DNA of 64,000 bases from Cycas panzhihuaensis (taxonomy: Eukaryota > Plantae > Cycadophyta): contig CM041465.1 of assembly GCA_023213395.1 (NCBI GenBank), positions 135,229,741-135,293,740 on the forward strand, in the 5' to 3' direction. Positions 40,562 through 54,900 of this stretch are shown here, piece after piece (the stretch's first letter is position 1; every line of letters starts with the position of its first letter). A program made the position numbers and the translations under genes. The notes beneath the pieces were generated by a model. That model worked only from the letters and a program-made list of their open reading frames with translations. It made no database searches and was not told the origin of the DNA.

Positions 40562-41329
40562 CATGTCACAGGTTGAGGTTGCACCAAAAGCCCCATGGTG
40601 ATTTAGGAAGAGGACTTTCTTGTGATAGTTAGCATCACGCGCTCTAGCAAGATCGAGGTAATTTGATGCCTTGATAATTTTGAATAGATAAATTTTAGTC
40701 TAAAATTTTTATTCTTATTTTATTTTTTAAATAAAAAATTATTAATTTTAAAATGAAAGTTTCTTCGTGGGATAAGGACTATAGAAGTCTATGGTACCAC
40801 AAAGAACTTAGCAAAATCAAAAAGTAAGAAAATATTACAGTAGTGTAAAAATTATATTTTTATAGTACTATTAAAAACTTAATATGATAGATAGAAAACT
40901 TCATAGGAATGGTTGGTTTGGTAGTTTTTAAAAGTTTTTTAGACTTATCTTGACACTTTTAGTTGAGTTTAATTATTTTTATCTTATTTTATATGAGTGA
41001 ATATTTGTTAAAAATCTTTAACTTATTTTTAATTATTTTTTAGTGGGTTATTATGGTGAACAACTACGAGAACTTAGGTTCTCTTATACTCATCATCACT
41101 CAAAACATAAATGATAAGATGAGGGATATCTTAGCATATTGAAAGCTCTTATAAATTGTCATGTCACGATAATATATTTTAGATGAGGCCCTCTTGTTTT
41201 GTATCATTACTCATTGGGATAGAAGATGATAAGTATTTCACTTATCATTGATTAGAGATATCACTGTGACTCATCGTGATATGAGAAGGATTTTGAGGGT
41301 GCCCTACTTTAATTTACACCTGAAGTTAA

Positions 41330-44300
41330 TGTTAGGGATCAAACTCCTAACTTATCTTCTTTTATATTCTCTTATATCTTCTATTTCTTCTACTTCTTCC
41401 TTTTTCTTAATATCTCACATGCATACGTAGAAGATTGTGAGTGGTCATTGAGCACTATATATATTCATGTAATATCCCACATGCATAAGGAGGAGGTTGT
41501 GTAGTGAGCATAGAGCCATATATATATTTATATAGTCATTAGAGTAGGGTATCTTAAATATAATTATTATTATATGTAATTGGGAGGTTACCTCCTTGAA
41601 GGGTATTGCAATACACGTCCTCCTTTTAGAGTTATTTGCTTATTATATTCATGTGTAATTATCATTAAGGAGTTGTATCTTACCAAGTGGTATCAGAGCG
41701 GTCGATCCATATCTTATGGGAGAATAAAAGGTACTAAATAATCAAATTTTTTTTCCATCATTTTTTTCTCATCAGTACATATTCTCATTTAATTTCTACT
41801 TAGTTACTTTGCTTTTTGGGGGGTAGATAACACTGCAATCATATAACTACCCTAACACTACCATCAGACTGTTTTCATTTATATTTAGATAGATACTTGT
41901 GCCAGGGGTCTATAAATATCATAAGGATCTATCATTTTGGGCTAAGCGCATTGTGACTTTTCCATCCCTTGCATGAAGAAATGGAGATGACACTTCTAAA
42001 TCAAGCCTTAGACAGAACTCATATATGAAATTGTACCTCTACATATTTATGGGTATATAGGAGGATCCTCTAGATAGGCCTTCCTAGTATAGGTAACCAT
42101 AGGAAACCTTTTGACCGTCTACAATTTGTAGTGCATTGATAAGTGGTTAGCCCCAAGAAGTTACTCTCTACGTACCCTAGAGATAAGGTAGTATGACTGT
42201 ATAGTAGAGTGTTTGTCTCTATAAGTTAATACTATTTATGATTGAGATCAGTATATCAGAGGGCCTACAAACCAGACAAGCCCATACCTAGTGTACCTAG
42301 TCTATTTATTAGTGGTTTGTATGCACATAGTCAGTCGGTGAGTCAATCATCATTAATTTGTCAATCATCAACTCATGTGCATATAGTCAATCAACCAGCT
42401 AGTGACCAAAAAGTAAAAAAATACAAAACAAAAAAAAAATTAAAATGCAAAAAAGAAAAAGAAAAATACAAAGAAAGCAAAAAGCAAAAAAGCAAAAAAA
42501 AAATCCATATTGCCTTATTGTAAAACATTGGGAATAATGGTCTATAGACACCCCATCAAATCCTTTTCATTTACATTTACCAATGATGATTCAATTTAGG
42601 TCTTGTGAATAAATGGCCCCTAAGATAAACCCAAGTTAGACTCAAGATCTCAATGATGTTGTCACACAACTTTGAGGAGATATATTACAAATCTAAAATG
42701 ACTTCAATGAAAAATTTGAAGCAATAATGCTAGAGCTCACATCCATAAAATCTTTTAAAGAAGAAAGGATTGTCTTTGATGATACTACTCATATAGGTAG
42801 GGGTCACTTCACTAAAGAAGATGAAGGTAATAATGGTAGGCACTTCTATCTAAACTTCCTACCTAAGGTAGAAATCAAGAAATTTAATGGCATAGATGTA
42901 TGTAGCTGGATTACCCAAATGGAATAATACTTTTCTCTTCATCAAGTTCCAACAGATAAGAAGATCCCTCTTACTTCTCTACACATGGAAACTGAACCAT
43001 ACCAATGGTACTAATAGGTTATTAAAATAATTGGTGGCTTAGTTATCAATGGGAGGGTTTTGTCAAGGATCTTACAGCTCAATATGATAGTACTTGGGAT
43101 CATGACCATTTTAACTAGTTAGCTAAAGTTAAACAGTAGGGGACTATTTCAACTTATATAGTGGAATACTAATGTCTCTCGACAAGGGTTGATGGTCTTG
43201 ATCAAAATAAATTACTTGAGTTGTACATTGGTGGGTTACAAGATGACATTAGATATGAGTTGTCACTCTTAAAACTTGATAACATCTCTACTACTATCAA
43301 TTTTGCTCAACATATTAAAGTAAAAAATAAGGCATCCCAACCTCTCTAACGAACATTCCAAAAAAAAAAAACCACTATTTTAGGTTCCTGATGTGCAACG
43401 AATGACTTCGTAAGAGATGGATGAGAAACTATTGAAAGGGTTATGTTTTCGTTGTAACTAAAAGTGGAATAAAGACCATAAGTATCCTAAACGATGCTTA
43501 TTCATAATTAAGGATGTCCAAGATGATAAACCAATAGAGAAAGCCTCATTAGAGCAAAAAAATAATGATTGTGTCCTACCTAAGGAGGAGGAAGAAGATA
43601 CTACTACTATATTTGCACATGCCCTAGTTGGAATTGTAGCCCCTTAGACACTCAAACTTTATTAGGTACATTAAGAAAAGGAAGGTAATAGATTCTAGGA
43701 GTACCCACAATTTCATTAATCAAAAACTTACTGAAGAACTCAACTATTTTCTATATCATGTCCAAAATTTCCAGGTTATGGTGGCTAATGGTAGGACACT
43801 CGCTTGTGGGGGAAAATGTCACAACATCAAGTTACAAATGGGTGACTATCACCTCTCCACTTCTATGTATGCCATTTCCATTGAAGGAGTTGATGTTGTA
43901 TTAGGGGTACAATGGCTCAAACCACTAGGGACCATTCAACTAAATATGTAAGAGCTCTTTATCTGATTTACTTCTGAAGGAATTAACTATCAATTGAATG
44001 CGATTATTCCTCCTCCAACCAACATTATCAATTCATACTGTATAAAGAGGCTCATTAAAAGGGGTGGTATAGGAATCATTGTCAAATATTATGCTATGAA
44101 AGGTTAGGAACTTCTAATAGAAGGGGACATTCTCTAAGATGATGGTATACCAAATGACTTAAAATTGATATTTCACCACCACAACAAGGTCTTTCAGGAT
44201 ATTCCTTAAGGTCTTCCCATAGTACGTGACCAAGATCATAGCATTGACTTAGTAGATAGAAGCAATCCTCCTTGTATTCTACCATATTGGTATCCTTATT

Positions 44301-45670
44301 AACAACGGAATAAAATTGAATGATTAATTTAAGAATTCCTTAATACTGGTGCTATTAGGAAAGGTAAAAGCACTTTTTATGCCCTGGTGATTTTAGTAAG
44401 AAAAAAGGATAGCTCATTTCGCATGTGTGTAGGCTATTGTGAGCTCAATAAGATAACTATCAAGGTTAAATTTCCTATACCAGTCATCGATAAACTCTTG
44501 GATGAACTCCATGGAGCAATATTCTTCACATCATTGGACTTGTAATCAAGATACCATCAAATTAGGATCAAGGCAGAGGATGTTCATAAAACTACAGTTC
44601 GTATATATGAAGGACATTATGAATTTTTAGTCATGCTATTTGGCTTGACTAATACCCCATCCACCTTTCAAGGACTCATGAACAAACTCTTTTGACCTTA
44701 CCTAAGCAAGTTCATGTTAGTCGTTTTTGATGACATTCTGATCTTCAATCATACATAGGAAGACCATCTTTAGCATGTTGAAAAGGCATTACAGATGCTT
44801 GCAGATAACTAGCTTTATGCAAAAAAATCAAAATGTCAATTTGGATAAATAGAAATAGAATATTTGGGCCATATTATCTCTCAAGAAGGAGTCAAGGTGA
44901 ATCCTAAGAAAATTGCAGTTATCACAAACTAGCCTAAACCCAAAAACATCAAGGGCCTTCATGGATTCTTAGGAAGCACAAGGTATTATCAAAAGTTTGT
45001 TCAGGGCTATGCAATGATTACTTCCCCTTTAATCAACTTGTTGAAAAAGGATTCCTTTCATTAGAATGATAAGGCCTCTGAAGTATTTGAACACCTAAAG
45101 ACGGCTTTAACTACCACACTAGTCCTTATAATACTAGACTTTACAAAGACCTTCACCATTGAATGTGATGCATCGGGGTAAGGCATTGAAGTAGTCTTAA
45201 TATAAGAGTGGAAACCTTTGGCCTTTGAAAGTCATCAACTTACACCCAAGGAATAGGTCAAATCCACTTATGAGAAAGAGATGTTAGCAATTCTCCATGT
45301 AGTTAGGAAATGGTGATAATATTTATTAGGAACACATTTTTAAATTAAAACAAACCATGATAGCTTAAAATATTTCCTATATCAAAGGACGACATCTGAG
45401 GAACAACAAAAATAGGTCACCAAAATGCAAGCTTTTGACTTTGAAATCATATATAAAAAAGACAAGGATAATATAGCTACTAATGTTTTATCTCATAAGG
45501 AAAAAGGCTCTATATTATATTCTATCACCACTGTCAATCTCTCTTAGATAGTGGTTGTCAAGTAAGAATGGGATTAAGACCCCTTTACAAAGCATATCAT
45601 TCAAGACCTTCAAGCTAGAATAGGGCATTCAACTAATTATACATGGTCTGTAAATATTCTCTAGTACAAG

Positions 45671-45751
<81 letters not shown>

Positions 45752-47175
45752 ATCACTCTAGCCTCAAGGAACAAATTTTATATAATGCACATGCCTCTCT
45801 AATAGTAGGTCACTCAAGGTTCCTACGAACATACCACTGCTTAAAACAATCTCTCTTTTAGAAGGGACGAAAAGGAGATATAAAGAGATATGTTTCCTCA
45901 TATGAAATTTATCGATGACTTAAGATAGAAGTAATCAAGTCTCTAGGATTGCTGCAACCCCTTCCCATGCCAAATCAATGATGGAAATAAATTTCTATGG
46001 ACTTCATCGTAGGTCTGCCCAAGTCTAAAGGAAAAGATGTTATACTAGTGGTTATTGATAGGTTAACCAAATATGCTCATTTTTGTGGTATTCAAGCCAC
46101 ATATAAGGAAAAGCTAATTGCTGAGATCCTTCTGGGATATACGTAGGTTGTATGGCATGCCCAAATGCATAGTCAATGATCGGGACCCTAAGTTTACCAG
46201 TAACTTCTAGACAGAACTCTTCCATCTACTTGGTATTAAATTGACAATGAGCTCATCCTACCATCCACAAACAGATGGTTAAACTAAGGTGGTTAATAAG
46301 TGCCTTGAAGGATACCTTCGTTGTTATGCTTTAGATAAGTAGGATCAGTGACATCATTGGTTTCCTTTAGCAGAATGGTAGTATAATACAACCTATCATG
46401 CATAACCAGGAATGACTATGTTCCAAGCATTATATAGCCATGAACCACACGCACTTAAGAACTATGCCATAATCAGTTCTAAGGTTCAAGAAGTTGAGGA
46501 CCATATTCAACAAATAACACGGATTCTTAAGCTACTCAAGGAAAATTTAAACCTTGCATAAAATCAAATGAAACAAAATGCAGATAAAGAGTAAAGTAAA
46601 TGAGTATTTCAACTAGGTAACTGGGTATACTTACAGCTACAACCGTACAAGAAGACATCTCTCAAATGGGATGGTCAACATAAATTATAACCTTGATTAT
46701 ATAGGCCTTACAAAATTCTCAAGAAGATTGGTGAAGTTGCATATGCCTTGGACTTACCATCACTATCAATGATCCATAATGTCTTTCATATTTCATGTCT
46801 TAAGAGGGTAATTGGGAAATAAGTACAAGTTCAAACAAAATTACCCATCTTAAATGAGAAGGGGCAACTTCAACTCATTCCGAAATGTATCATCGACTGA
46901 CGAATTTAACATCTACAACCCAAGCAAATCATTGAGTATCTCATCAAATGGAAATAACTTCTACGAGAAGATATAACTTGGGAGAATGAGAAATTTATCC
47001 TAGATCACCCTGAGATCACCAAGCTTTGAGGGCAAAGCTTTTCTAAGGGGAGGGCTTTGTTAGGGATCTAACCCTTAACTTACCTTCTCTTATATTCTCT
47101 TATATCTTCTACTTCTTCTCTCTCTTATATCTTCTATTTCTTCTACTTCTTCCCTTTTCTTAATATCCCACATGT
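41330..47175 (+). mobile_element. Chromovirus Gypsy element, full internal region, 3' LTR truncated
   Basis: 5' LTR 41330-41685, PBS TGGTATCAGAGC 41688-41699, gag LPKVEIKKFNG, protease [29 protein letters not shown], RNase H IECDASG, integrase MDFIVGLP/YHPQTDG, chromodomain EYLIKWK..DITWE, PPT 47045-47055, 3' LTR from 47058. Confidence 0.93.
45673..45748. repeat. (TA)n expansion inside pol
   Basis: Directly visible between RNase H and the integrase Zn-finger. Confidence 0.95.
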
Positions 47176-48804
47176 AGGACTCAAAGCTAGCTAGTAGTAG
47201 ATGGATGGCCCTTGGTCCACATATAACCTACTTATTTCCATAGTCTTAGAGTCACTAATGAGGTAAGTAAGACTATGTACATTAAGTCATTGGATACTAC
47301 ATGGATGAATAAATATATTGCAGATCCCTATGTTATAGTTCATTGGGATTTAGATGCTAATGAGAAGCCAATGACTGTAAGGGAGGGGGATGGAGGTGGA
47401 GATGGGAGACCAACATAACTTATAGTTAAAGCTATGCCCAAGGAGGACCCAGCTCAGGTTATAGTCATAACTTAGCTAGTGGAGGAACCGATAGGTGGAG
47501 GCATGGATTAGGTAAGGGGGCCTATGTAAGGAGATGACGATGAGGGCCTTATTAATGCTATTTTTCCTCTCTCTCTCTCTCCTTTAGTACTTATGATTTA
47601 ATTTAATTTCTATTTTAATTATTAATTTGATACCCATTATAGTTACTAACTCACTCTTACTTTCTTTATTACATATGGTAGATTCACTCTAGATTTTATA
47701 GGCTAGGTTATGGATTCATCTTTTGGGATGGTATATGTAAAAAGGAAGCTTCCTATTTTGGATATAGATGAGCTAGCCTTCACTTGATCCCATACAATAG
47801 TATTTTATCTGGTATTGAGGGTGTTAGCCATGTGGAGGGCTAAGTGAGAGGAGGGGTAGGCATAGATCACCCCATGAGATACTATATTCATAGAGGAAGA
47901 TGTTGCCCTTACCCACTAAGATACCACGATTTCCTAGCTTTAGGGCATAATGGCTAAGATGATGGAATAGGGGGGACAGACCCTATAAGTAATTATAGTA
48001 CCAATAGTAATGCCCCTATTGTAGGTTATGCTAAGGGCATAGGTTCATATTGCTATCTTGTAGGCCTAGTTAGCCTCCATGATGACTGGAAGGGGCTAGG
48101 CATGAGCCTTCTATGAGCATTTAGTCAATTACTTAGTAAAGAGATCCATGTATACTCATATAATAATGCACATTACCACTTAGTAGAGAGGTGATTGAGG
48201 GAGACTAAGAGATGAGGTGAGTGAGGCAAGGCCCTCACAATGACCTAGAGTAATATGACCCATTAATAGCTCTAAGACACATTAAAAATAAGAGACAATG
48301 AGGGGATTTACTTGTGGCACATTTTTATATTGTATATTAGTATTGTACCATTTTTAAGAGAGGCAAGCTAGCTTGGCAAGGATTAGGGTGTATATATTTG
48401 TTTACTTGTTGAGCTCTTGTATACCTCACAAAGACTCCAACCCCCTTAACTCTTTGTACACATGCACTTTTTATGTATATATATTAGATCTTGATTTTAG
48501 CTTTTACATTAAGGCTTACATCTTCTATTAAACATGTATCATTGTGTTTGATCTCTAACTATTATATAAGTACCTTTTGCCTTATTTAATAAATGGCATA
48601 TGATGCACACATAACACTTTTGAAACAAAAATAACTTATTCTTAATTTTAGAGTTAAATTGGAGTAGATATATACATACATACGTATATATATTTTTGGG
48701 TTTTGTAGCTTTGAATTTTTCTTTTATATTTTTAATAATAATATTAACAAATGACAAAGCATACTCGTGATAAAGTGTATGGCTAGTTTATGCTCATAGA
48801 GGAG

Positions 48805-51800
48805 TGTAATATGTAATGTAACTCCATTTTCATAAGCATTAGTAAGTGGGAATTACCAAAGGGTTAACTATTGATGTTAGCTATTGAGCTTTGTATATGG
48901 GCCACTAAGTCCCCTAATAAGATGTAAGGCCATTAAGGCTGCCAATAGGATCACAAGAAAGAGACCCCCTTATGTTTATTTAAAGGTCGAAGATCACTTA
49001 TAAATACATTAACTATTATTATCTTTTAAAGAGAAAAGTACTTTAATACTTCCTTTTGGTGCTCATTGTGTTTTTGTGTGACCTTTTCTAGGTGATCTAT
49101 TTTAAATAAGTGCTTAATCTTCCTTTCATCTTCCATTTGTATTGGATTTACAAGGTTTATTTCTGGAAGATATACTTTACGTAATATTGGAGCCTAATTT
49201 GATGACCCTACAAAAGTATTCTAGCAGAAAAAGAAAAAAAGGGGAATTTTTTTTCCCTCGATGATATCCATAACTCTTTCCTACAAAAAATTATTTAGTT
49301 TTAGTCATCTCTATTTTAGTTTTACAGTCCCATTTTCTAGTAATTCTATTTAGATTTGCTCCTTTCCTCCCTTTCTCTCCTTGGGTAGGTAACTCAACTT
49401 GGTAACTACTTGATTTAGTTAGAGACCCTCTATCGGGGCCTATAAAAATCATGAGGATTTATCATTTTGGGCTAAGTATATTGTGGATTTTCTACCCTTG
49501 CATAAAGAACTTTAGTTAAGTATGTTGAACCGAGCCTTAGATAGAACTCAGTTATAGAGTTGTGCTTCCATATACCTTCAAGTATATAGGAGAACCCTTA
49601 TATGTTCTCTCTCTATCCTAACATAGGAAACCCTTTGGCCATTTATCTTCTATGGTGCATGGGTTAGTGGTTAGCACTTGAAAGTTACTTTACACGAGTA
49701 CCTCTGTATAACTATAGACCTTATAAAGGCAGTCTTTCCCTTGTAGGTAGTGCCTTGAGATATTTAGTCAAGTTACAATAATGATAGAGAAGTTTATTAT
49801 AGGCCATGTAGAATCAAACACTTTCTTGTTAGTGTCTGGGAGGCTTCTCCTAAAAAAAAATCTAAGCCTACAACACAACTATTAGCCATCTGGTTACTAC
49901 AAGCATAGAACTAGAAAGAAAAGGCTATGACTTTTATTAATATTGATCAGATTCATAAATAACCTAAACAATTAAATTCACCGTAAAAAAAATAAAAATT
50001 ATGGCAAAAAAATTACCAATTAAAATTTATACATCTCATTTAATCAGCATATTGCACTGATCATTTTACACTAGGTTAGTTTCTACAGTTAGTTTTTAGG
50101 TATAATGGCACCTAGGTTGTTGATGGGCCCCACCACTCAAATTTCACCCTTAAAACTCATCTATCCTATTTTGATGAGCTCTCCATTCTTGTCTAAGTGG
50201 ATTAGGTATCTTTCTTATATAAACTTTGGGGTCAATAGGCTATAGAAACTTGAAGTACACTCACTTTCCCCTTCTCCCTTCTTTACCCCATCTATCTTTT
50301 ATAACAACTTCCTATTTCTTAAATCTCGTTCTCTCTTGCTCTTTCCCAGTTCATATTTTTCTTTTCTTTTTACTTATTCCTACTTCTTTAAATCTATTAT
50401 GTATTCCTAATGGCACCTACAGAAGGAGGAAAGATTATTGAACTGGAGGAGGAATTGGAGTCTTTCAAATAAGACATTAGGACTTAAATAGCTAGCCTTT
50501 TGACAAAAGTAAATATTTCTAGCCTTCCCACAAAAATAGATATTTTAGATATGATTGCCTAAATGTTACAAATATAGTCCTATAGTATAAGGATATCAAA
50601 CATGAAAAATAATGCTCCTCCTCCTTTTTGAGGAAGTAATCCACCCCAAGAAGGTCACCCACCAAGGCAACTACCCTTCTACCATAAGATCAACATCCCT
50701 ACTTTTGATCTGAATCTAAATAGAGAGAGCACTAGTAGCAAGATTAATATATTGGAATCCTACTTCATGCTCAACCAAATGTCTAAAGAAGATCAACTCC
50801 TGTATGCCTAAATCCACATGGATGGAAGAACCTATCATTGGTTCAGTTAGTGGAAATAAGAATTCCCCTCTAATCAAATGTGGTCATACTTCACAAGCTA
50901 TTACTTTGAATAGTATGAGGACACATGGAGTCAATTCTTCTTCACTTAACCCATATGACTTAAATAAATAACAACTATAGAGGCTTTCATTGATGAATTC
51001 CAAGCCTTGTATAATCATTCTCCATAAAGTCAAAGCTTGGACAAATAGACCATGATCGATATTTATGTGGCTAGACACCAAGATCATATCCAGATACAAC
51101 TCAAGATAATGGCTATACACTCCCTCAAGGAATCCTTCAAACAGACTTAAGTAGTAGACATTGAATTTATATGTAATAAACCTCCAACCACTTGAAAGGA
51201 TAATCCCTAGTTTTCACGACCCTGATAGGCAGACTTTTAGTGACCACAACCTTAATTTAAAGATGTCATCCATCCATAGTTTGACTTACCATGTCCTAGA
51301 CCATAATAAGATGATCCAACTCACTCGATGATAGATTGACAGATAGAAGACCCCTTAACTAAATGGGTTTAAATCTCTTAAGAAGAAGCACACCATTGAC
51401 TAGAGATTGACCTTTATATATAATGTGTAGAAAAGTAGACTCCTGGACTTGGCCACATCTATAAGGCATGGCGTATGGTCTTTTCTATTGACCCCATGTC
51501 CCCCAAAGAATTCTCAGATTTTTACTTTGAGCATGAGGTTGATGATGAAATCTAAGAAGATCCCATTGTAGACCCTCATCCTAAAGTTTCCTTATCAACA
51601 ATTGCCTCCACTTCTTACCTTGGACCCCTATGAGTTAAGGGCATTCTTTATAAGTCTCCAATGTCAATTCTAATTGACAATGGTACATCACTCAATTTAT
51701 TGATATCTCCTTAGCCTGAGAACTTAATCTCTATATAGTCCCAAAGATTGGCTTCACCTGCTCCTTGCTAGGATACTAGAAGCTCCACTATATTAGTATT

Positions 51801-51930
51801 ATTAAAAGCTTAGAGGTCTAGATCGACACTTATCTTTTGGTCTCAAACTTCTATTCATTGTCTATTAGAGGGTCTAATGCTATATTGGGGATCTAGTAGC
51901 TACAAACCTTAGGGGCTTATAGCACAAACT
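48805..51930 (+). mobile_element. Chromovirus-like 5' half (LTR, decayed PBS, 5'UTR, gag, protease), truncated
   Basis: PBS-like TAATATTGGAGC 49182-49193, gag KINIPTFD..LESYF..HMDGRTYHWF, protease ILIDNGTSLNL and AILGI**LQTLG. Confidence 0.75.
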
Positions 51931-54900
51931 TATAACATGTAATAATCTATATTATATTATATAATATTATATCAAGCATTATGTATCATCACTTGTAACC
52001 TATAACTATGTTTATGTATTAAGCTTGCCTCCTATAAGTAATAGTCTATAAAACATATAATTATTAACTTATAAAACCTATAATTAAATGCATTTAGTTA
52101 TATGTAATAATCAATGACTAATTATAAACATCCAACCTGTAAATATAAACTAATTATTATCCATCAAAATCAACTAATATATGAAGTGTTTTCTTAAACA
52201 TCTTTATATCTTCACTTATAAAGGTAATATTGATCATCTGTTAATCAATCATCAATAATCTCAAAAATTAAAATTATTAATGTCCATATAAAATAATAAC
52301 CATCTACTAAAATACATGGGTAATCAACTACTATAATTACTAGTCTTATAGGAAATACTTCTTGTATGTGGTTTATCAATAAACTAGAGTAGTATAAAAT
52401 CTCTTACCTCTTGTATACAAGACTAATAAAATAATTTCTGTGTTGTATAAAAGTAGTATCATTTATCTTACTTCTTATGTATGAGCAAATAACTTGTGTA
52501 CTACCTCTATTGATGCTTTTACACACATCTTCTATAACTTTCTTTTGGAAACTATTAATAAGAACAACATCATCAAATCATCAAAACACATTAACTATGG
52601 GAATAAGCTTAACTACCTAACTAAAATAAATTAATTATAACAAGGTAATATAAAAAATGTATTTTTATACCTCTTATTATATATAGTGAGTTAGATTTCT
52701 CATTGACAAACACTTATCTACTATATCAATTAGATAACTCAACAACTAAATTTGGTGCTAAGTAATCAATGTATGAGACTTTTTCTCTTTATCTCATAAA
52801 ATAGGTGGTAAACTCTCATCAATAACCTATCTCTCCATCAACTAATCATATTGGACCCTTTATCAAGATATTAAGTGGTGTCATCATTCATCAAAATAAG
52901 TTTCATAAATCATTCATTCAAAATCAACTACCTAAATAAATTAGATGATCTATCATTTAACTAGTGTTATACACCACTAAACTAAATGAGTAAATTTTAA
53001 GGGGGATTTTAAAGTCCAATATATCAAGAATATTCCACATCATTATCACGTTAAATATATCCCACTTTATATATTTTTTATCTGTTACTAACCTTTAAAT
53101 GTCATAAATGAGCCTTAAATATCTTTATTTTAAATGAAACTTCTTTTTTTATTTATTACCTATTGTTAATAATATTATCATCATTTTTGAAACTTTTGAA
53201 AACATCAAAATATATGAAATGTTTTCTAAAAAAGGTCAAAAATGTTTCTTTTATGAGATAATAATATTTTGATGAACTTTACCCATTAATATATCTAATA
53301 TTTGATCTCTAAAATATGCCTTATGACTATTCATTTTGATTGTTTTAAAATTCTTTTTCCAACACAGCTAACAGGACAAAAAATAGATACTCTAGTGAAA
53401 AATTATAATAAAAAATATGATAGTATGCTATAAAAAAGTGTGATATCCTTAAGAAATATATTTAGCCCCTTTTGGCTAAGGTCATTGATCATGTATTGAC
53501 TCCATGTGACCATTCACTAAAGAGTAAGGGGGCTTTTTGGATTTTAAAATTCTATCCAATTTAGTTAATTCTAGTCTTGTAATTACAAAAAAAATTAAAT
53601 CCAATTTGTATTTTTTGGACTCCATGGAACTTAAACCATTATCAAATTTAACTAAAAGTATAAAACCAAATATAAATTTTTTTACTCTAATGAAAAATCT
53701 ACACGTCTGATTTCTTCTAGATTAGGTGATTTCTCTTCAGCAACTTGATTTTACGGCATCGAGCCATATATGGCTGTGGCTATGGCAAATATCCTTCTAT
53801 GTGTATACATTAGGCAGAGCTAGTGAAGTGAATCCATGTATTATAATTTTAGACAAGTAAATGCATGGGCTATAGGTGGTGATTCAATACTACTTCTTTA
53901 ATCATTTTGTGTGGTAACATGGTATCATTTGGCTTAGGAAGTTTATGTTTGTGGTGTGACTAACCAAGGGAATATTTCTAGTGTGAATGATCCATGGGTA
54001 TGTGGTATTCCTCCTTTGTGCATGGGTGACTTCTATTATGACTTTGATTGTAGATCTATCATGGCTCTTCTATGAATGCTTCCATGGGCATCTGCATCTC
54101 TATATGTGGACGATCAATTATATTCTTCATGGGTAGTGCTCTATGGTGGTGTTATGAAACAACCTTGGCTATGATTCTCTAACATTCCTTAAAATTACTT
54201 ATGATGATGTGGGGTTTATGGATGATTGCATAAGTCTACTACATTCATATGCCACATCTCTAATTAGCTATCCACTTGTGTTGCTAAGTAGAGTAACTTT
54301 GGAAATACATTGCCTTTAACCCTCTCCAGCATGATGCTCAATTTTAATGATTCTAAAGTAAATTTCAAGCCCATTAAAAATGTTTCATGGGTAGTGTTAT
54401 TCCTGGGTAGATTTGAAGTCTACCTAAGAAACACTTGTATACTTCTTCTAAAGGTGGGCTCACTTCTTGTCTATTTAATTTACATCCTCTCTTTAAATAT
54501 ATATTTCCATTTTCTCTTATATCAGGCTATCCATTTTTATTTTTATCACCTAAATCCTCACTCCAAACATTCTCTTAATGTTTGTCATAAGTATTGTGAT
54601 TATATTATACAACCATGCTTATGATTCCTAGAAGTATGTTTGTTATTTTTGGAGGAAGTGGTATATTAAAAGGCATAGAAGTAAATCTTATAAAATAGGC
54701 AACAATCTATACAAGAGGCTATTAATTACCATAACACCTTAATCATAATTATTTACCCATTATCAATAAATGCTTATAAATGCATCAATATGCTACTTAA
54801 TATGCACTTATATACTACAAAAATTCTTTCAAATCTTAATTATTACCATTAATTTTATATGGTTGAAACCTCATTTCTCTTTAAACTATTCATTAATAAT

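Larger units (their letters stand above)
40564..48300 (+). mobile_element. Old Tekay/Del-like Gypsy remnant (LTR-like 40564-41329, gag-like ~47900-48215), split by a chromovirus insertion
   Basis: Starts TGTCAC. EEDP/EEP acidic motifs at ~47440-47490 and a gag-like PLVER*LRETKR. Highly decayed. Confidence 0.35.
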
